Shown here: positions 62,573 through 64,000 of the stretch, piece by piece
Numbering within the stretch: position 1 is the first letter of the stretch
Layout: every line of letters starts with the position of its first letter
IMG/VR virus record: IMGVR_UViG_3300028862_000012
Location: 124,001 to 188,000 of that record
Reading direction: 5' to 3' (one strand)
DNA length: 64,000 bases
Made by a program: the position numbers and the translations under genes
Notes under the pieces: generated by a model
Told to the model about the DNA's origin: nothing
Database searches by the model: none
The model's input: the letters and a program-made list of their open reading frames with translations, nothing else

Positions 62573-64000
62573 ATGTCTTCAAATATAATTGTACCTCATG
62601 GAAATCTGGACTCAAAACAATTAGCTAATCTTGTAGATCAAAGCTATGATCTTTTGCAAGGTGATATGGATGTCGCTTTACTGGATGATTTTAGTCAAGC
62701 AGATATACTTGAATTAAAGAAAGCATTAAGTGTATTAGCAAATAATCCTAATTTTTCTAATGACCAAATTTCTAATCTTTTATCTGAAAGCTGGAGAATG
62801 CTTTATTATCAAAAGCCTCCTACTATTGAAGAGTTTTTATCTCCTGAATGGTTAGGCGCGACAAGTGATACTATTCGTCCTCATATACGTGAATGGTTAT
62901 GTGAATGGTATAATCCAGAAAAAGGATATAGACACTGTTATTTAAGTACAGCTATTGGTATGGGTAAAAGTTATTTTTCGGTTTTGAATAGTTTGTTTGC
63001 AGGAACTAATATAGCATTGATGCGTAATCCTTGGAAAACAATGAGTTCTATATTAGGAGAAGCGTCACCTATAGCAATTATTTTCGTAAGCTATAGTATT
63101 GATAAAGTAACAGAAATATTAATAGAACCATTCAAACAATTTTTAATGACATCAGAATCAAGCTCAAAGCCTAAGTTTAAAAAATGTAAAACAATTGAGG
63201 GTATGAATAAATTTGCAACTGAACATAAGGGTGCAATTATTCCTTGGACTACAGCAGGAGAAACAAATATATTGACTATTGGTAATCCATTAAATACAGC
63301 AAATATAAATTTAAAAGTTGCAAGTGATCCTGCTAGATTATTAGGCTTAACTTTAGTACAAACTATATTTACAGAATTAAGTTTCTTCTTGGATAAAGGA
63401 AAATCTCCACAATACATTGACAGATTATTTAAAGACGGAGCCGGGAGAATTTTGAGTCGCTTTCCAAATCAAGAACAGCAAAAATATAAAGATAAAGATA
63501 ATAATATATTTTCTCCATCAACTACTTTTTGGGCGCGAGACATTATGGATAGCTCTCCTAATAGTTGGGATAGTCCAATTGATAAATATATTTATAGTGG
63601 TGAAGCAGATCGTAATCCAGAAAACTTAATATTCCGTGGTAGTGCTTGGGACATAATGCCAAACAGTGTACCTAATATAGAAGATAGATTTCCTGTATTT
63701 GTTGGTGGAAGCTCTAAAGAACCTCGCATAATAGATGAGTCTGAAATAAAAAACTTTTCTTTAGAAGAAGTTTTAATGGTTCCAAAGTTTTTCTATAATA
63801 AGTTTTATGAAAATATTTGTAAGTCATTAAAAGATATAGCAGGTATTCCTTCTAATGCACAAGGAAGATTAATAGAGAATATAGAACATATAGAAAATAT
63901 ATTTGTAGGTAATCTACGCAATCAATATAGTTATATCACCGCGCCAAGTAGTAGTATACCAGAGCGATTAATATGGGATCAAATAAAAAATGAGTTCTTT
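62573..64000 (+). CDS. terL: terminase large subunit, 5' partial (runs off the window)
   Basis: open frame of 476 codons from ATG 62573: PPTIEEFL..WLG, STAIGMGKS Walker A, IFTELSF Walker B, DSSP, KDIAGIP. Confidence 0.85.
   Translation, partial: MSSNIIVPHGNLDSKQLANLVDQSYDLLQGDMDVALLDDFSQADILELKKALSVLANNPNFSNDQISNLLSESWRMLYYQKPPTIEEFLSPEWLGATSDTIRPHIREWLCEWYNPEKGYRHCYLSTAIGMGKSYFSVLNSLFAGTNIALMRNPWKTMSSILGEASPIAIIFVSYSIDKVTEILIEPFKQFLMTSESSSKPKFKKCKTIEGMNKFATEHKGAIIPWTTAGETNILTIGNPLNTANINLKVASDPARLLGLTLVQTIFTELSFFLDKGKSPQYIDRLFKDGAGRILSRFPNQEQQKYKDKDNNIFSPSTTFWARDIMDSSPNSWDSPIDKYIYSGEADRNPENLIFRGSAWDIMPNSVPNIEDRFPVFVGGSSKEPRIIDESEIKNFSLEEVLMVPKFFYNKFYENICKSLKDIAGIPSNAQGRLIENIEHIENIFVGNLRNQYSYITAPSSSIPERLIWDQIKNEFF

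Noticed and set aside
5950-63417. numerous minus-strand or out-of-frame ORFs in the track (e.g. 5950-6312, 21978-22229, 26977-27270, 48059-48391, 63091-63417)
   Set aside because: shadows of well-supported genes on the opposite strand, with no RBS or motifs
6550-64000. inteins or group I introns in ligase, helicase, thyX or terminase
   Set aside because: protein lengths and motif spacing are normal; no splice motifs or embedded homing endonucleases seen

Overview
This is a 64-kb piece of a large, very AT-rich dsDNA tailed-phage genome (jumbo-phage-like). It is densely packed, almost entirely on the + strand, and the host cannot be determined from this window. Replication and nucleotide genes include a DnaC-like loader, a DnaB-like helicase, NAD-dependent ligase, a 5'-3' exonuclease and ThyX. 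Other recognisable genes are PncB, an adenine MTase, tail-fibre-like genes, the 5' part of a terminase large subunit, one intact tnpB and one decayed tnpB. Four things stand out. (1) A 105-nt RNA at 39865-39969 has the full tRNA-like domain of tmRNA (G3-U70 Ala acceptor, stemless D-loop, GAC linker, T arm) but no mRNA-like domain, i.e. a mini-tmRNA. (2) A GC-richer island (~47145-51745) carries an array-less type IV-B CRISPR-Cas operon (csf1-cas11-csf2-csf3-small ORF-cysH-like) bracketed by RNA hairpins. (3) There is an RNA-repair set with a single-chain Hen1-Pnkp-ligase fusion, an HD-Pnk, a second kinase and an Rnl1. (4) A candidate phage late-promoter motif, TAACTATTA(TA), precedes the virion/packaging genes, at one gene overlapping an RBS-hiding hairpin. 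Several genes are split by single-base homopolymer frameshifts or in-frame stops, which may be sequencing errors or decay. All calls come from motif recognition by eye; no searches were run.
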